Below are positions 49,524-60,607 of a stretch of DNA of 64,000 nt, piece after piece. The position numbers and the translations under genes are program-made. A model generated the notes under the pieces. That model had not been told where the DNA came from, did no database searches, and was given only the letters and a program-made list of their open reading frames with translations. Source of the stretch: an uncultured virus (IMG/VR IMGVR_UViG_2822507784_000003) (Duplodnaviria; Heunggongvirae; Uroviricota; Caudoviricetes); IMG/VR virus record IMGVR_UViG_2822507784_000003, positions 1-64,000 of that record, one strand, 5' to 3'. Numbering within the stretch: the first letter of the stretch is position 1; every line of letters begins with the position of its first letter.

Positions 49524-49903
49524 TGTCTCTACAAGTAATGATGGCCCATGAATGCGATATTTACCACTTGCAGAAGGAAACAAAGCCAGGGAAGTACGGG
49601 CAACCAGGAGAAGAGGTTTATTCTTACAAGGATAGACCTGATGTAGCAGAACAAAGCTGCTACTTTATAGAAAGCACAACTGCATCTGTACAATCAGCGC
49701 CAAACCAATTAAACAACCAAGAAATCCGAGTATTATTTATGCCGGATGCTGATGTTAAGCATAATGACAAAGCGATTAAAAAAGATAAGAATGTCACTTA
49801 CTATATACGAAATCCCTTTCCAGTAGCGAATCCACGTACTGGTGAGGTTTCACATATAAAAGCCATAGCAGAGAGGAAGAGTGAGCCATGGCTAGCCAAA
49901 TAA
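49523..49903 (+). CDS. Head closure protein (YqbH/XkdH-like)
   Basis: H.CDIYHLQ..YG..YSY..PD..CYF. Confidence 0.75.
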   Translation: MSLQVMMAHECDIYHLQKETKPGKYGQPGEEVYSYKDRPDVAEQSCYFIESTTASVQSAPNQLNNQEIRVLFMPDADVKHNDKAIKKDKNVTYYIRNPFPVANPRTGEVSHIKAIAERKSEPWLAK

Positions 49904-50373
49904 CGACTAGAGGGTTTCGCGAATTCAGTGCTAAGTTGAATCGTATGGCGAACGGGTTAGATCAGAACGTCGCTTTATGGCTTGAAGCTAGCGGTTTTCA
50001 ATTTCTAGAAGAAGTACAAAATCAAATCATTTCTTTAGGGGTTGTTGATACTAGGAGACTGCTAAATTCGTTTGATAAGGGCGGAGATGGGAACGTATGG
50101 CGTTCCTCTGATGGCGGTTTAGTATTAGAGGTGGGGACAAATGTGGAATATGCGAAGCTTCAGAATGATGGATGGCAGCAGGTAAGGCGATTCGTCCCAG
50201 GAAGGTGGGAAGGTCACAATTTTGAATATGATCCGCATGCACCAACTGGAATGATGCTTACTGCTAAATTCATAGAAGGTCGTCCTTATTGGGAGAATGC
50301 AATAGCAATCTATGAGCGTATGTTCCAAACTGCCTTTGACCGGAAATTCCGTCAGTGGGTGAATGGAGGTTAG
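49888..50373 (+). CDS. HK97 gp10-like neck protein
   Basis: VDTRRLLNSF, VGTNVEYA. Confidence 0.75.
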   Translation: MASQITTRGFREFSAKLNRMANGLDQNVALWLEASGFQFLEEVQNQIISLGVVDTRRLLNSFDKGGDGNVWRSSDGGLVLEVGTNVEYAKLQNDGWQQVRRFVPGRWEGHNFEYDPHAPTGMMLTAKFIEGRPYWENAIAIYERMFQTAFDRKFRQWVNGG

Positions 50374-50376
50374 GTT

Positions 50377-50778
50377 ATGTACGCACAGATACACGGTTCT
50401 ATGAAGGCTTTTGTCTTCGATAACTTGCCACCAGGTACACTTTCTTATCATGAGCAGGTTCCAGAAGAAATACGGATACCTTCAGTGTACTTCCCGCACT
50501 TATCAACGAATGATTTGAAAAATACAAAGGATACATTCACCTTACTGTACACAATGACAGTGAGGTTTTTTAATGTAACGACAGAGGAAGCTATGGAGCT
50601 ATCTGATGGGATTGCAAACTTAATTAGGCGTAGCGGTTACACAGTGAATCTCCGTAATGAAGACGGAAGTGAATCGACTGATACCGTCTATTTTAAAAGA
50701 GTAACTACCGCCCCAGTTGAGGTTGGTTCTTCACAGTTAACAATGATATTCGAATACCAACAAACTTATAGGAATTAA
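50377..50778 (+). CDS. Tail terminator-like protein
   Basis: Position; QVPE..PSVYFP. Confidence 0.65.
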   Translation: MYAQIHGSMKAFVFDNLPPGTLSYHEQVPEEIRIPSVYFPHLSTNDLKNTKDTFTLLYTMTVRFFNVTTEEAMELSDGIANLIRRSGYTVNLRNEDGSESTDTVYFKRVTTAPVEVGSSQLTMIFEYQQTYRN

Positions 50779-50791
50779 GGAGAGTGAAGGT

Positions 50792-51268
50792 ATGGCTGAA
50801 GTTACCGAAACGCCTGTTGTGAAAAACAAAATGTATCGTGGTGACGAATATATTATCGCTGCGATGATAAAGGATCCAGCAAATCCAACAGCAAAAAAAT
50901 TAGTTCGTCCGTTTGATCAAAACGAAGAATCTCACAGTATTGAAGCAGATGAGATTGAAGCAGAGTCGAAAGATAGAACGATTAATGACTACGGTAAAGT
51001 ATCTGAGACTCGTTCATTTGGTTGTACGTTATCAGAGGGTGACGTGTTCTACCCAGCTGCAAAAGCTGCTATTCGAAACAAAGAGTACATTGAGATCTAT
51101 GAAATTAATAAGCGTACAAAAGAAGCAGAAATCGGCAATTACATGCTGACTTCTTTTGAGAGATCATCTTCTACTGGTGAATTTATTTCTTATTCAGTAG
51201 AGACAAAGCTTTCTGGTACAACACGTACAGAAACATTGACTGAAATTCCTAAAGGTGCAGGAGAATAA
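50792..51268 (+). CDS. Major tail tube protein (TP901-1-like)
   Basis: YRGDE, ESKD, YMLTSFERS; position. Confidence 0.75.
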   Translation: MAEVTETPVVKNKMYRGDEYIIAAMIKDPANPTAKKLVRPFDQNEESHSIEADEIEAESKDRTINDYGKVSETRSFGCTLSEGDVFYPAAKAAIRNKEYIEIYEINKRTKEAEIGNYMLTSFERSSSTGEFISYSVETKLSGTTRTETLTEIPKGAGE

Positions 51269-51334
51269 CGGGCGGTTTTTACCGCTTCTTTTTAAATTTG
51301 AAAATAACATCCAATCAAAAGGAGATTGATATAT

Positions 51335-51757
51335 ATGCGTTTTGAAATTAAAGGGAAAGAACACGAATTAAAACTTACTTACAAAACAATTGCTGAGCTA
51401 AACAAGAAATATAAAGGTGGCGCACAAGAAGTTATTGGAGCTTGTTTACAAGGTGATTTAGATATGTTTGAAGACGCTATTTACTTTGGATTAATGCATA
51501 CAGGTGAAGGAATCACTAGAGAGCAAGTTGTTACTGAAATTGAAAAACAATTCGAAGCAGAGAAAATCTCACAAGAGTTCATTGATGAAGTTCTTAACGA
51601 AGTAGTAGCAGATAATTTTTTCTACAAAGCGACAACGAAGAAACTAAAAACACGAATGAAGAAACAATTGGTAGCGAAGAATCCGGAACTGAAAGAGATG
51701 GCGGACGAGATGTACGGGACGGACGAAGAACAACCGACTTTACTAGAGAAGAACTAG
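51335..51757 (+). CDS. Tail assembly chaperone (G)
   Basis: MRFEIKGKEHELKL; lies between tail tube and TMP. Confidence 0.8.
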   Translation: MRFEIKGKEHELKLTYKTIAELNKKYKGGAQEVIGACLQGDLDMFEDAIYFGLMHTGEGITREQVVTEIEKQFEAEKISQEFIDEVLNEVVADNFFYKATTKKLKTRMKKQLVAKNPELKEMADEMYGTDEEQPTLLEKN

Positions 51758-52071
51758 ACAAGGTACAGCAAGATGGATTTAGATACTTAGGTTTATTACC
51801 AAGTGAAGTAATGAACCTTTCTCCTCGTGAGTTTCAAAACATGATGACGGGGAGAAATGAACAATATCTAGATGAATTGCAAACTTACAGCATATTCGCT
51901 CTCATGATGCGGTCTGTTTATCACAGCAATCCGAAGAAAACGATGAAACCTAAGGATTTATTCGACAGAACGAAAATGGTTACTGATGAACAAAAGAAAA
52001 AATCTATAGAGGACCTTGCGAAGAAAGCAGAAGAAAACATGCAATTCTTACAAAATCTCAACTTCGGTTGA
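51616..52071 (+). CDS. Tail assembly chaperone -1 frameshift extension (GT)
   Basis: Slippery T TTT TTC at 51616-51622; -1 frame open from there to 52071, with TAA immediately before. Confidence 0.7.
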   Translation, partial: FFLQSDNEETKNTNEETIGSEESGTERDGGRDVRDGRRTTDFTREELDKVQQDGFRYLGLLPSEVMNLSPREFQNMMTGRNEQYLDELQTYSIFALMMRSVYHSNPKKTMKPKDLFDRTKMVTDEQKKKSIEDLAKKAEENMQFLQNLNFG

Positions 52072-52090
52072 TTGAAAGGTAGGTGAGATT

Positions 52091-55000
52091 TTGGCGACAC
52101 AAGAAGAATTAGTAGTTCAGTTTAGAGCTGAGACAGATCAGATACGAAGAGAAATGGCTGCTATGCAAAATCAGTTAAATGATTTTGTTAGAACAACAAA
52201 CCGTACATCTCGTGAGTATCGAAGAAATATTGAAAATATGGGTGATGCTAATAGTGAATTAAGTAGGGAAATACGTGAAATAAACAGACAACAAAGAGAA
52301 GCTATGAAACCACATATAGAACAATTAAAGCGAGCAGAACTTCAATATTTGCAAACTGCTATGAGCATGGATACTTATACTGGTTCAGCTCAAGATTTAA
52401 TTGCACAAGTTAATGAGATTGGTAAAGCGCAAAAAGCTGCCAATGATGCATTAATAAACAATAATGTTGAAGCGAAAGCTGCTATTTTAGAAACAATTGC
52501 AACCATGAACAATATGACTCCTACAGCAACTAGGCTCAGAGACAATCTAAGAACAATGGGAAACCCATTATACAGCTTGTCACATGGGGCGTTAGCTGTA
52601 GGAGAGGCTATCGAAAGAATGGCGAATAGGGGTAGTGCGGCACAATTAGCATTAGAATTTGTTGGTCCGAATGCGTCAATGAAAGAATTAAACGATCAAA
52701 TACGAGTAATAAATACGGGATTAATGCGAATGCAAATGGTTGCGCTCGCTGCTGCGATTTCTTCTGTCTTATTGTATGGCGCATTACACAAGGCTAACAT
52801 GGAAATGAATCCAAAATATGCTGAAGCATATACAAAAATGTTAGAAAAGCTATCTAAAGCCTTTAATCCGATGAAAGAAGCTTTCGCAGCGGTTATGATA
52901 CCTATTTATCAATTCGTAACCGCGATAGCAGAATTGATAATTAAATTTAATGAAGCACACCCGGTTCTAGCTAAATTCATTCAGGGAACTATGATGTTAG
53001 TTCCAGCATTAACATTGATTCTTGCTCCCTTAGCAGTCGGTATTGGACTTCTAAAAGGATATAGAGCAGCCTTATTCTTAGTTTGGCAAATGGTAAAACC
53101 ATTGGCTTTAGGGTTAGCGGTCGTCAGCCCTGTAGTTTGGGCTGTAGCTGCTGCAATTGCTGGATTGGCAGTAGGGTTTACGTATGCATATAAAAACATA
53201 GAGCCGTTTAGAAAAGCCGTTGATAATACTGTAACAGCGATCAAAGGCTTATTCCAGTTGGTATTCGGAAGTCAAATAAATGGCGAAAAAATGCTTAGTT
53301 CTATCGGAATGAACGACGAGGTTATACAAGGAATCAATAAATTTGTAGGTAAAATTGAAGAAGCATTTAGAATAATGAAAGAAGCTATTGTACAGGCTTT
53401 CCATGGTGATTTTTCCGGACTGACTGAATTGTTCAAAACAATTTTCCCTTCATTACTTGCTGTAATTATTGGCGGTGTACCTGGGCTAGTAATTGGAATT
53501 GGCACTATGTTCGCAAGAATGACAGAAGCAACTGGTGTTGGTGGCGCTCAAATGGTTACTAAGTTCGGGGAAATCCTAAATAACTTAGTTTCTGGATTAA
53601 CGAATTTTGTAATGACTCAATTACCTGTTTTTCTAGAACAAGGAATTAAAATAATCACCGGAATAGTACAAGGTATCACACAAGCACTACCACAAATCGT
53701 AGCAGCCGTTTTACAAATCATTACAACCTTTATAACAGGTATCACAACGCTGTTACCGCAGATTATAACAATTGGTATTTCTTTGATACAAACGCTCGTA
53801 ACGGCAATTGTAACGGCTTTACCAGTCATTATAGAAGCTGCAGTTCAAATTATAAATGCACTTGTCCAAGGCATTACACAGATGTTGCCTATAATTGTAC
53901 AGTCGGCAATACAAGTTATAACAATGTTCATTCAAACAATAGTTCCTATGATTCCTATGTTAATAGATGCAGGGATTCAAATTTTACTATCTTTAGTTAA
54001 TGGAATCATTCAAATGCTACCTCAATTAATTGAAGCAGCTATTCAGATCCTGACAACATTATTAAATACCATTGTTCAAAATTTGCCGTTAATTATAGAT
54101 GCAGGGATTAAACTCCTTAATTCATTAATTGAGGGAATCATTCAAGTTCTACCTCAATTAATTGATGCTGTGATGCAGATCATTACGAAATTCACTGAGG
54201 TTGTTATTCAAAATCTACCGCAAATTATTGAATCAGGAATGCAGATTCTAACCAAGCTTATTGAAGGGATCATTCAAGTCCTCCCACAAATTGTTGATGC
54301 AGTTATAAAAATAATCAATAAATTTACAGAAATAACTGTCCAGAATCTACCGCAGATTATAGATACTGGTGTTCAAATTCTGACGAAATTAATCGATGGG
54401 ATTATTCAGGTTCTACCTCAATTGGTTTCTGCTGCAATTAGACTTATGGCTGAACTGCTTAAAGCAATTATTCAACACTTACCAGAACTAATTTCTGCAG
54501 GTAAAGATCTAATTGGCGCTCTAATAGATGGTGTTCTAAGTTTACTTGGAGAGGTATTTAGTTCTGGGATCGAAATAGGTGGACAACTTTTAGAATCTTT
54601 AGGAGATGTTGATCTCTTTGAAACTGGGGTAAATATTGTTCAAGGATTAATAGGTGGAATTGGTTCGATGATTGGCGATGCAATAGCTGCTGCGAAGAGT
54701 TTAGGAAGTAGCATTGTTAGTACTGTAAATAGAGTATTACAAGTTAAGTCCCCTTCTAGGGAAATGCGAGATACAGGTAATTACGTCGGTGAAGGTTTAA
54801 TATGGGGGATTAACCAAATGGAGAATCCGGTTTTAAGAGCCGCAAAAAATATGGCAGTAACAGTGAAGGATGCGTTTGATTCGTTATCAGAAGGAATATC
54901 ACTTGGTGATGTTTCTATGGGGGCTGTATCAGGGACAACAATTCCAATGGTTTCTGCTGGGTACAAAACACCTGCAAATGCCTCAAGAATATCCGCAATT

Positions 55001-55189
55001 TCTAATTTTGGACAAGATGCTGTAAGTAAAAATCAAAATGGAAGCAATACAAGTGAATCCGATATACAAACAATAAATAAACAACCGGCTTATATTAATG
55101 TACAACTTGGCAAACAAGAATTCTCAAGATTTGTTGATGATATTACAAGTCAGCAAGAGGCTGTTAAAGAACGTAAACAAGCGTTCTAG
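52091..55189 (+). CDS. Tape measure protein
   Basis: 1032 aa, helical, with (LPQIIE.G.QI) repeats. Confidence 0.9.
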   Translation: MATQEELVVQFRAETDQIRREMAAMQNQLNDFVRTTNRTSREYRRNIENMGDANSELSREIREINRQQREAMKPHIEQLKRAELQYLQTAMSMDTYTGSAQDLIAQVNEIGKAQKAANDALINNNVEAKAAILETIATMNNMTPTATRLRDNLRTMGNPLYSLSHGALAVGEAIERMANRGSAAQLALEFVGPNASMKELNDQIRVINTGLMRMQMVALAAAISSVLLYGALHKANMEMNPKYAEAYTKMLEKLSKAFNPMKEAFAAVMIPIYQFVTAIAELIIKFNEAHPVLAKFIQGTMMLVPALTLILAPLAVGIGLLKGYRAALFLVWQMVKPLALGLAVVSPVVWAVAAAIAGLAVGFTYAYKNIEPFRKAVDNTVTAIKGLFQLVFGSQINGEKMLSSIGMNDEVIQGINKFVGKIEEAFRIMKEAIVQAFHGDFSGLTELFKTIFPSLLAVIIGGVPGLVIGIGTMFARMTEATGVGGAQMVTKFGEILNNLVSGLTNFVMTQLPVFLEQGIKIITGIVQGITQALPQIVAAVLQIITTFITGITTLLPQIITIGISLIQTLVTAIVTALPVIIEAAVQIINALVQGITQMLPIIVQSAIQVITMFIQTIVPMIPMLIDAGIQILLSLVNGIIQMLPQLIEAAIQILTTLLNTIVQNLPLIIDAGIKLLNSLIEGIIQVLPQLIDAVMQIITKFTEVVIQNLPQIIESGMQILTKLIEGIIQVLPQIVDAVIKIINKFTEITVQNLPQIIDTGVQILTKLIDGIIQVLPQLVSAAIRLMAELLKAIIQHLPELISAGKDLIGALIDGVLSLLGEVFSSGIEIGGQLLESLGDVDLFETGVNIVQGLIGGIGSMIGDAIAAAKSLGSSIVSTVNRVLQVKSPSREMRDTGNYVGEGLIWGINQMENPVLRAAKNMAVTVKDAFDSLSEGISLGDVSMGAVSGTTIPMVSAGYKTPANASRISAISNFGQDAVSKNQNGSNTSESDIQTINKQPAYINVQLGKQEFSRFVDDITSQQEAVKERKQAF

Positions 55190-55204
55190 GAAGGAGGGAG
55201 TAAA

Positions 55205-56683
55205 CTGCTTATTTTTAATGGTATCGATTTAGAAAATCAGTTTACAAATAAAGATAATAACGGTTATCTTTTGGTAGGAATACCAAAAGGTCGCGGTGTG
55301 ATGAGTGATGAAATAAGCAGGATTACTACCCAGAATCGGCCTGGATCCCGCTATGTGAAAAAGAGAAACCCAGAGGTGCCCCTTGAAGTAGAAGTTACAC
55401 TTAAAGGGGCCTCTTCTTTTGATTTAAGAAAACGCCTAAACGAATTGAATTCTATATTAGATACAGAAGAAGAGGTACCAATTGTATTTGCAGATGAGCC
55501 CGAAATGACGTATTACGGTATGAAAGAGTCTGTGGAGGAACTATTGGAAACAGATAGAATTTACCAATGCAAGATAACTTTTATTTGTACGTCAGCATTT
55601 AAATTAGGTGCACAACAATCTGTAAAAGCGAAAATAGAAAGTAATAATTTACTTAAAGCCGTAGTGACTAATGTAGGATCAAAGTTTGCTGATCCAAAAT
55701 TTAAGATACAAGTAGAGAACCCTTCTACATTTATCGATATTGTAAATGAAAATGGAAATCAGCATTTCCGTATTGGATATCCAGTTAAGGTAGATGAAAC
55801 ACCAATAAGTCGGTATGAATTGGTTATGCATGATAAAGCGAATTCTTTAGTGGGCTGGACGGAAGTAGGAAAAGACTTTGTTTCAGACTACGGAATCGTA
55901 GCAGGGAAAATGATCGCAGACGGCGCACGTTTTATGCCATCAGATTACGGTCAAGGTCAATATTGGCACGGACCCGCAGTGAAAAAAAGTATCACTGGAG
56001 GTCCATTACAAGATTTCACGCTTGATGCAATAGTCGAATGTCGGAACTTAAATCCTGCAACTATGGGACGTGTAGAACTTTATTTATTAGACGAAAGTAG
56101 CGTTGTAGTCGGAAAAGTAGGTATGTTTGATGCGTATAGAAATTCTAGCGAGAATTTCGGTGAAGTCATAGTAGGAAACGGTGACTACAATCATAGGATT
56201 ATAGCGGAAACGGGTTATTATCGTACAACATGGAATGATTTTTATGGTCGTCTACACATTGCGCGGGTAGGGAACTATTGGCAAGGTGATATTGCTTTAA
56301 TCGATGAAAAAGGAAATTATCATACGGAAAAATTTGCCCAATGGTACGATACGGGCAATAGCTTTATGAAAAAGGTTGCGCAGATTGTTGTGCATATATG
56401 TGCATTTAACGATGCGTTTCCGCTGACTGCAACTGTGCACGATATTAAAGTGCAAAGAGTAAATAGCAATACAGAACGTCAAATCCCCTACATTGTTCAA
56501 AAAGGAGACGTTGTAGAAATTGATTCATCGGATGCCAGTATTCGTATTAACGGCGCGGATGCAATTAATATAAAAGACTTTCTGAGTGACTATATACGTA
56601 TTGAAAAAGGGAAGAACGATGTAACTGTTTTTCCAAATAACATAGGTCAAGTGGATGTCACGTATAGGGAGCGCTATCGATGA
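55205..56683 (+). CDS. Distal tail protein (Dit) with inserted domain
   Basis: LIFNGID.., FADEP..YYG, F.C..FK.G; probable CTG start after AGGAGG. Confidence 0.8.
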   Translation: MLIFNGIDLENQFTNKDNNGYLLVGIPKGRGVMSDEISRITTQNRPGSRYVKKRNPEVPLEVEVTLKGASSFDLRKRLNELNSILDTEEEVPIVFADEPEMTYYGMKESVEELLETDRIYQCKITFICTSAFKLGAQQSVKAKIESNNLLKAVVTNVGSKFADPKFKIQVENPSTFIDIVNENGNQHFRIGYPVKVDETPISRYELVMHDKANSLVGWTEVGKDFVSDYGIVAGKMIADGARFMPSDYGQGQYWHGPAVKKSITGGPLQDFTLDAIVECRNLNPATMGRVELYLLDESSVVVGKVGMFDAYRNSSENFGEVIVGNGDYNHRIIAETGYYRTTWNDFYGRLHIARVGNYWQGDIALIDEKGNYHTEKFAQWYDTGNSFMKKVAQIVVHICAFNDAFPLTATVHDIKVQRVNSNTERQIPYIVQKGDVVEIDSSDASIRINGADAINIKDFLSDYIRIEKGKNDVTVFPNNIGQVDVTYRERYR

Positions 56684-59600
56684 ATAAAACAAATAATCTA
56701 TTACACATTGTAGACTTTAAAACAGAGAAAATCATTGGTGTTATACAAGAAAAAAATTATTGGAACGATATCCGCCAGTGGGAGCTTAAAAATAATATAG
56801 ACCAATTAGAGTTCAATACAATGGACGGAACAAAAATATCGGCGTCTCTTGTACAGCAAAATATTATAGTAAAACAAACCAGAGATGGCACTTTTGTTTC
56901 GTATGTTATTACAGAAGCAGAGCAAGATACAGCAGATCGTTCTAAAAAAATTCACGCACTCGGGGAACATACAAAGCTAAAGAAAGCAGCGGTAATTAAA
57001 CCACAAACGTTACAAGCTACTACAGTCAACGAATCTATGGACTTTGCTTTACAAGGTACAGAATGGAAACGTGGGATTACGGAGTACAGTGGTGTACGTA
57101 CCATTCCTATTAAGGATTTCACAAATCCGCTTGATTTCTTAAAACAAATCGCATCTACTTTTGGACTTGAGATTCGTTTCAGAATAGAAATACGGGGTTC
57201 TTTTATTGTCGGTCGGTATGTAGATTTAATAAAAAAAGTTGGTCGGGACAATGGGAAAGAATTCGTGCTAGGAAAAGATATACAAGGCATTCGTCGTATT
57301 GAGAACAGCCAAAATATAGTAACTGCTCTTGTAGGTGTTGGGCCATCTAAAGAAAATCCTGATACTGGGAAAGAAGAGTTTCTGACTTTTGAAGATATCA
57401 ACGGTGGAAAGTTGTACGTAAGTAACAACGATGCGTTACAACGCTGGTCGAAAGATGGTAAGCATTTATTTGATATTTATTCACCGCAAACAGAAGATCA
57501 AGATATGACGAAGCAACGACTCAAACAATTAACCGAAGCAGAATTAAAGAAACGAATTGATAGTTCTACTCTATATGAAGTGGATGCTGTAGCACTTGAA
57601 AAAGTGTTTGGTTTATCTCATGAAGCGGTTCGTAAAGGAGATACGGTACGAATAAAAGACACAGAATTTAGTCCACCACTTTTCTTAGAAGCTAGGTTAA
57701 TAGCAGCAGATGAATGTGACACTGATCCATCGAAAGATAAATATATCTTTGGTAATTATCGTGAAATTAAAGATACACGAAGCCTTATCGATAGGTTATA
57801 CGCGCAAATCATGGGTAGCCTATCAAATAAAGCATCTAAAGAATTACTAGATATGTTAGATAAAAAGCTTCAAGAAAACGTAAAAGAAACAGAAGTCATT
57901 CGAAAAGAATCGGAAGCAGCAAAGAAAATTGCTGAACAAGTGGCTGAAAACTTGAAGAACAATACCGTTGATATTATCGAAGGTTTAAATCCACCAACAG
58001 AAAACTTAAAGGATAGAAAAACGTTGTGGCAAGATATTAGCAAAGGTAAGCCTGGTATTCTGAAATTGTGGAAGGATGGTAAATGGGATCCTGTTGTTCC
58101 TGATGTGGAATCCGTTAAGAAAGAAACACTTGAGCAAGTCGATAAAAATATTGAATCCACAAAACAAGAGCTAAACCAAAAGGTGCAGGAAGCGCAAAAT
58201 CAAGCCACGGGACAAGTCAATGAAGTGAAGGAAAGCTTACAAGGTGTTAGTCGTAAGATTTCTGATGTGCAAAATAAACAGGGTGAGATTGATAAGAAGA
58301 TAACGAAGTTTGAGCAGGATTCTAACGGATTTAAATTATCTATTGAATCGTTAACTAAAAAAGATAGTGATATCAACAGTAAATTAAATACAGTTGAATC
58401 GAATGTGGAAGGCACAAAAAAGACAATATCTGATGTGCAGCAAACTGCAAATGATCTGAAGAAAACAACAACTGAAATTAAAGAGCAAGCTGGGAAAATT
58501 AGCGAGAAGTTAACAAGTGTAGAAACGCAAGCAAATATCCTAACTAATAAAACTACCGAGATTGAAAAAAGTGTGAATGGAATCAAAGAAACAGTAACAA
58601 AAGTTGAAAATAATCAAAGCGGATTTGATAAACGTGTTACGGGAGTAGAGAAGACAGCGAACGGAATCACTCAAAGTGTTTCGAAATTACAAGAGACCCA
58701 AGTACAACAAGGGAAAACATTAACTCAAGCTACTACAAAATTAGAACAACATTCTGAAGCACTGAGTCTAACAATGAAAAAGAAAGATGTTGAGGAGTAT
58801 GTTGGCGGTATTGGGTCTATCAACGAGATCAGAAACGCAGGTCTTGAATTAGGTAACAAGTACTGGTCAATTAATCAAGGTACTGCTGTTCAGCTAAGCT
58901 CAAAATATAAAGGTTATGCAACTTTTTGGAGTGATTATTCTGGAAAGACTAGTGATCACTGGTCTGGCACCGCTTCTGAATTTATAACAGTTACAACTGG
59001 TGAAGATCTTATTTCGACAGGTTGGTTTGCTACTGACAATATAGCTTCACTAGATCAAAAAGCGTGGATGGAAATTGAGTTCTGGAATGCTACAAAAGGA
59101 ACTAGAATGAGAACGCAGCGCGTAGAAATCCAATGGGCTAAACAAGGTGATTGGGCAAGAATGACGATGGTTTCAAAGGTTGCAGCTAACGAAGAGTGGG
59201 TTAGATGGCGTTATTATGTTCAAAGAAATGGACGTGTACGAGCTGCCCTTCCGATGCTACAGCGTGGTAAAGTAGCGACAGAGTTTTGGTTACATCCGAA
59301 AGATCAAACTAATGTTGATAAAATGATTGAAGATATTGCTGATAAGGTAGCTACACAACAATTCAATCAGAAAGCGACTCAAATTGATAATCGTTTTACT
59401 ATCAATGAACAAGGTATCGATTTAGCAGCAAAAAAGACCGAGGTATATACCAAAGAACAAGCGAACGGACAATTTGCAACAAATGCTTATGTAAAAGACA
59501 TGGAAGGTCGCGTTCAGATTACTGAAAAGAATATTCTTAGTACCGTGAAAAAAGGTGAAATCATATCACAGATTAATCAGTCTGCTGAGTTAATACAAAT

Positions 59601-60177
59601 TGATGTTGCTAAGTTAAAAATCAATGCGGATACAATTGTAAAGTGGTTAACAGCAAAAGGAATCGATGCGAATATCATCAAAATCGAAGGTGATAATGTT
59701 GTAATTGATAAACGTGGTGTCAATATCAAAAGAGGCGCACTACAGGTTCAACGATCTGATGGATACTCTTTAATAATAGATGGTGTGGCGAACTTTGATA
59801 TGGCTGTTAGTACACATGAACCGCCATTTATGGGTCCAGGTATGGAAGTGAATGCCACTTGGTATGCAACACGTAGCACAGTGTGGACGAGATGTAATTT
59901 TTACACATTCAGGCATACTGGAAGGTACCTAATATTCGCTATGAGCTTGGCAGTAGATCCTGGGACAAACGCACAAGTAAAGATTATAAATAGTGATGGA
60001 AGCGATTTGTGGTACACGATGCATAGTAAAAAACTCTCAGATGAGTACTATGTAAATGCGACTATTGATTTAGGGGTGCCAACAGGGGGTATGAGATACA
60101 TTCTTCTAATGTTAGCATCGAACAGTCCAAATCATACCGCATACGCAAGGGTTCTGAGTAAATGGGTGGAGAAGTGA
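56680..60177 (+). CDS. Tail-associated hub/endopeptidase-like (Tal) protein with coiled-coil fibre
   Basis: Prophage-tail N-terminus (GKDIQGIRRIEN..VTAL), long heptad region, C-terminal receptor-binding-like domain. Confidence 0.85.
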   Translation: MNKTNNLLHIVDFKTEKIIGVIQEKNYWNDIRQWELKNNIDQLEFNTMDGTKISASLVQQNIIVKQTRDGTFVSYVITEAEQDTADRSKKIHALGEHTKLKKAAVIKPQTLQATTVNESMDFALQGTEWKRGITEYSGVRTIPIKDFTNPLDFLKQIASTFGLEIRFRIEIRGSFIVGRYVDLIKKVGRDNGKEFVLGKDIQGIRRIENSQNIVTALVGVGPSKENPDTGKEEFLTFEDINGGKLYVSNNDALQRWSKDGKHLFDIYSPQTEDQDMTKQRLKQLTEAELKKRIDSSTLYEVDAVALEKVFGLSHEAVRKGDTVRIKDTEFSPPLFLEARLIAADECDTDPSKDKYIFGNYREIKDTRSLIDRLYAQIMGSLSNKASKELLDMLDKKLQENVKETEVIRKESEAAKKIAEQVAENLKNNTVDIIEGLNPPTENLKDRKTLWQDISKGKPGILKLWKDGKWDPVVPDVESVKKETLEQVDKNIESTKQELNQKVQEAQNQATGQVNEVKESLQGVSRKISDVQNKQGEIDKKITKFEQDSNGFKLSIESLTKKDSDINSKLNTVESNVEGTKKTISDVQQTANDLKKTTTEIKEQAGKISEKLTSVETQANILTNKTTEIEKSVNGIKETVTKVENNQSGFDKRVTGVEKTANGITQSVSKLQETQVQQGKTLTQATTKLEQHSEALSLTMKKKDVEEYVGGIGSINEIRNAGLELGNKYWSINQGTAVQLSSKYKGYATFWSDYSGKTSDHWSGTASEFITVTTGEDLISTGWFATDNIASLDQKAWMEIEFWNATKGTRMRTQRVEIQWAKQGDWARMTMVSKVAANEEWVRWRYYVQRNGRVRAALPMLQRGKVATEFWLHPKDQTNVDKMIEDIADKVATQQFNQKATQIDNRFTINEQGIDLAAKKTEVYTKEQANGQFATNAYVKDMEGRVQITEKNILSTVKKGEIISQINQSAELIQIDVAKLKINADTIVKWLTAKGIDANIIKIEGDNVVIDKRGVNIKRGALQVQRSDGYSLIIDGVANFDMAVSTHEPPFMGPGMEVNATWYATRSTVWTRCNFYTFRHTGRYLIFAMSLAVDPGTNAQVKIINSDGSDLWYTMHSKKLSDEYYVNATIDLGVPTGGMRYILLMLASNSPNHTAYARVLSKWVEK

Positions 60178-60182
60178 TGTAA

Positions 60183-60545
60183 ATGGAACTTAAAGAAAAA
60201 TATGAACTGTACGAGCGATATAAAACATGTATTTACTGTGATTCAGATGAAGCAGGAAATATAACGCAACTAGAACATGGACAACGCATCATACCAGGAC
60301 AAAATTATATGCATTTTTTCAAAGTAGATCGTTATATATCAGACACTATACAAAACTATAAGGTTGTCTGGAATGGAAGAGTTGCAGAGTTACAGGCGAT
60401 CGACCTAGAACTAGAAGAGAAAGTAAAGAAAAAATATTTCGCACCTACAAAAGAAGAATTAGAACGCGAAAAGGCAGAAATGGAGGCGAAACTTAAACTA
60501 CTTGAAGAACAACTAGCTGTACAAAAGGTAGCGCCAAGTGAATAA
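60183..60545 (+). CDS. Hypothetical tail-associated protein
   Basis: Follows Tal; C-terminal coiled coil. Confidence 0.65.
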   Translation: MELKEKYELYERYKTCIYCDSDEAGNITQLEHGQRIIPGQNYMHFFKVDRYISDTIQNYKVVWNGRVAELQAIDLELEEKVKKKYFAPTKEELEREKAEMEAKLKLLEEQLAVQKVAPSE

Positions 60546-60607
60546 GAATAAACCAAAAGGGACAATCAAATATGTCGCTTTTTTATTTTTAGAAAAGGAG
60601 TGAAAAG

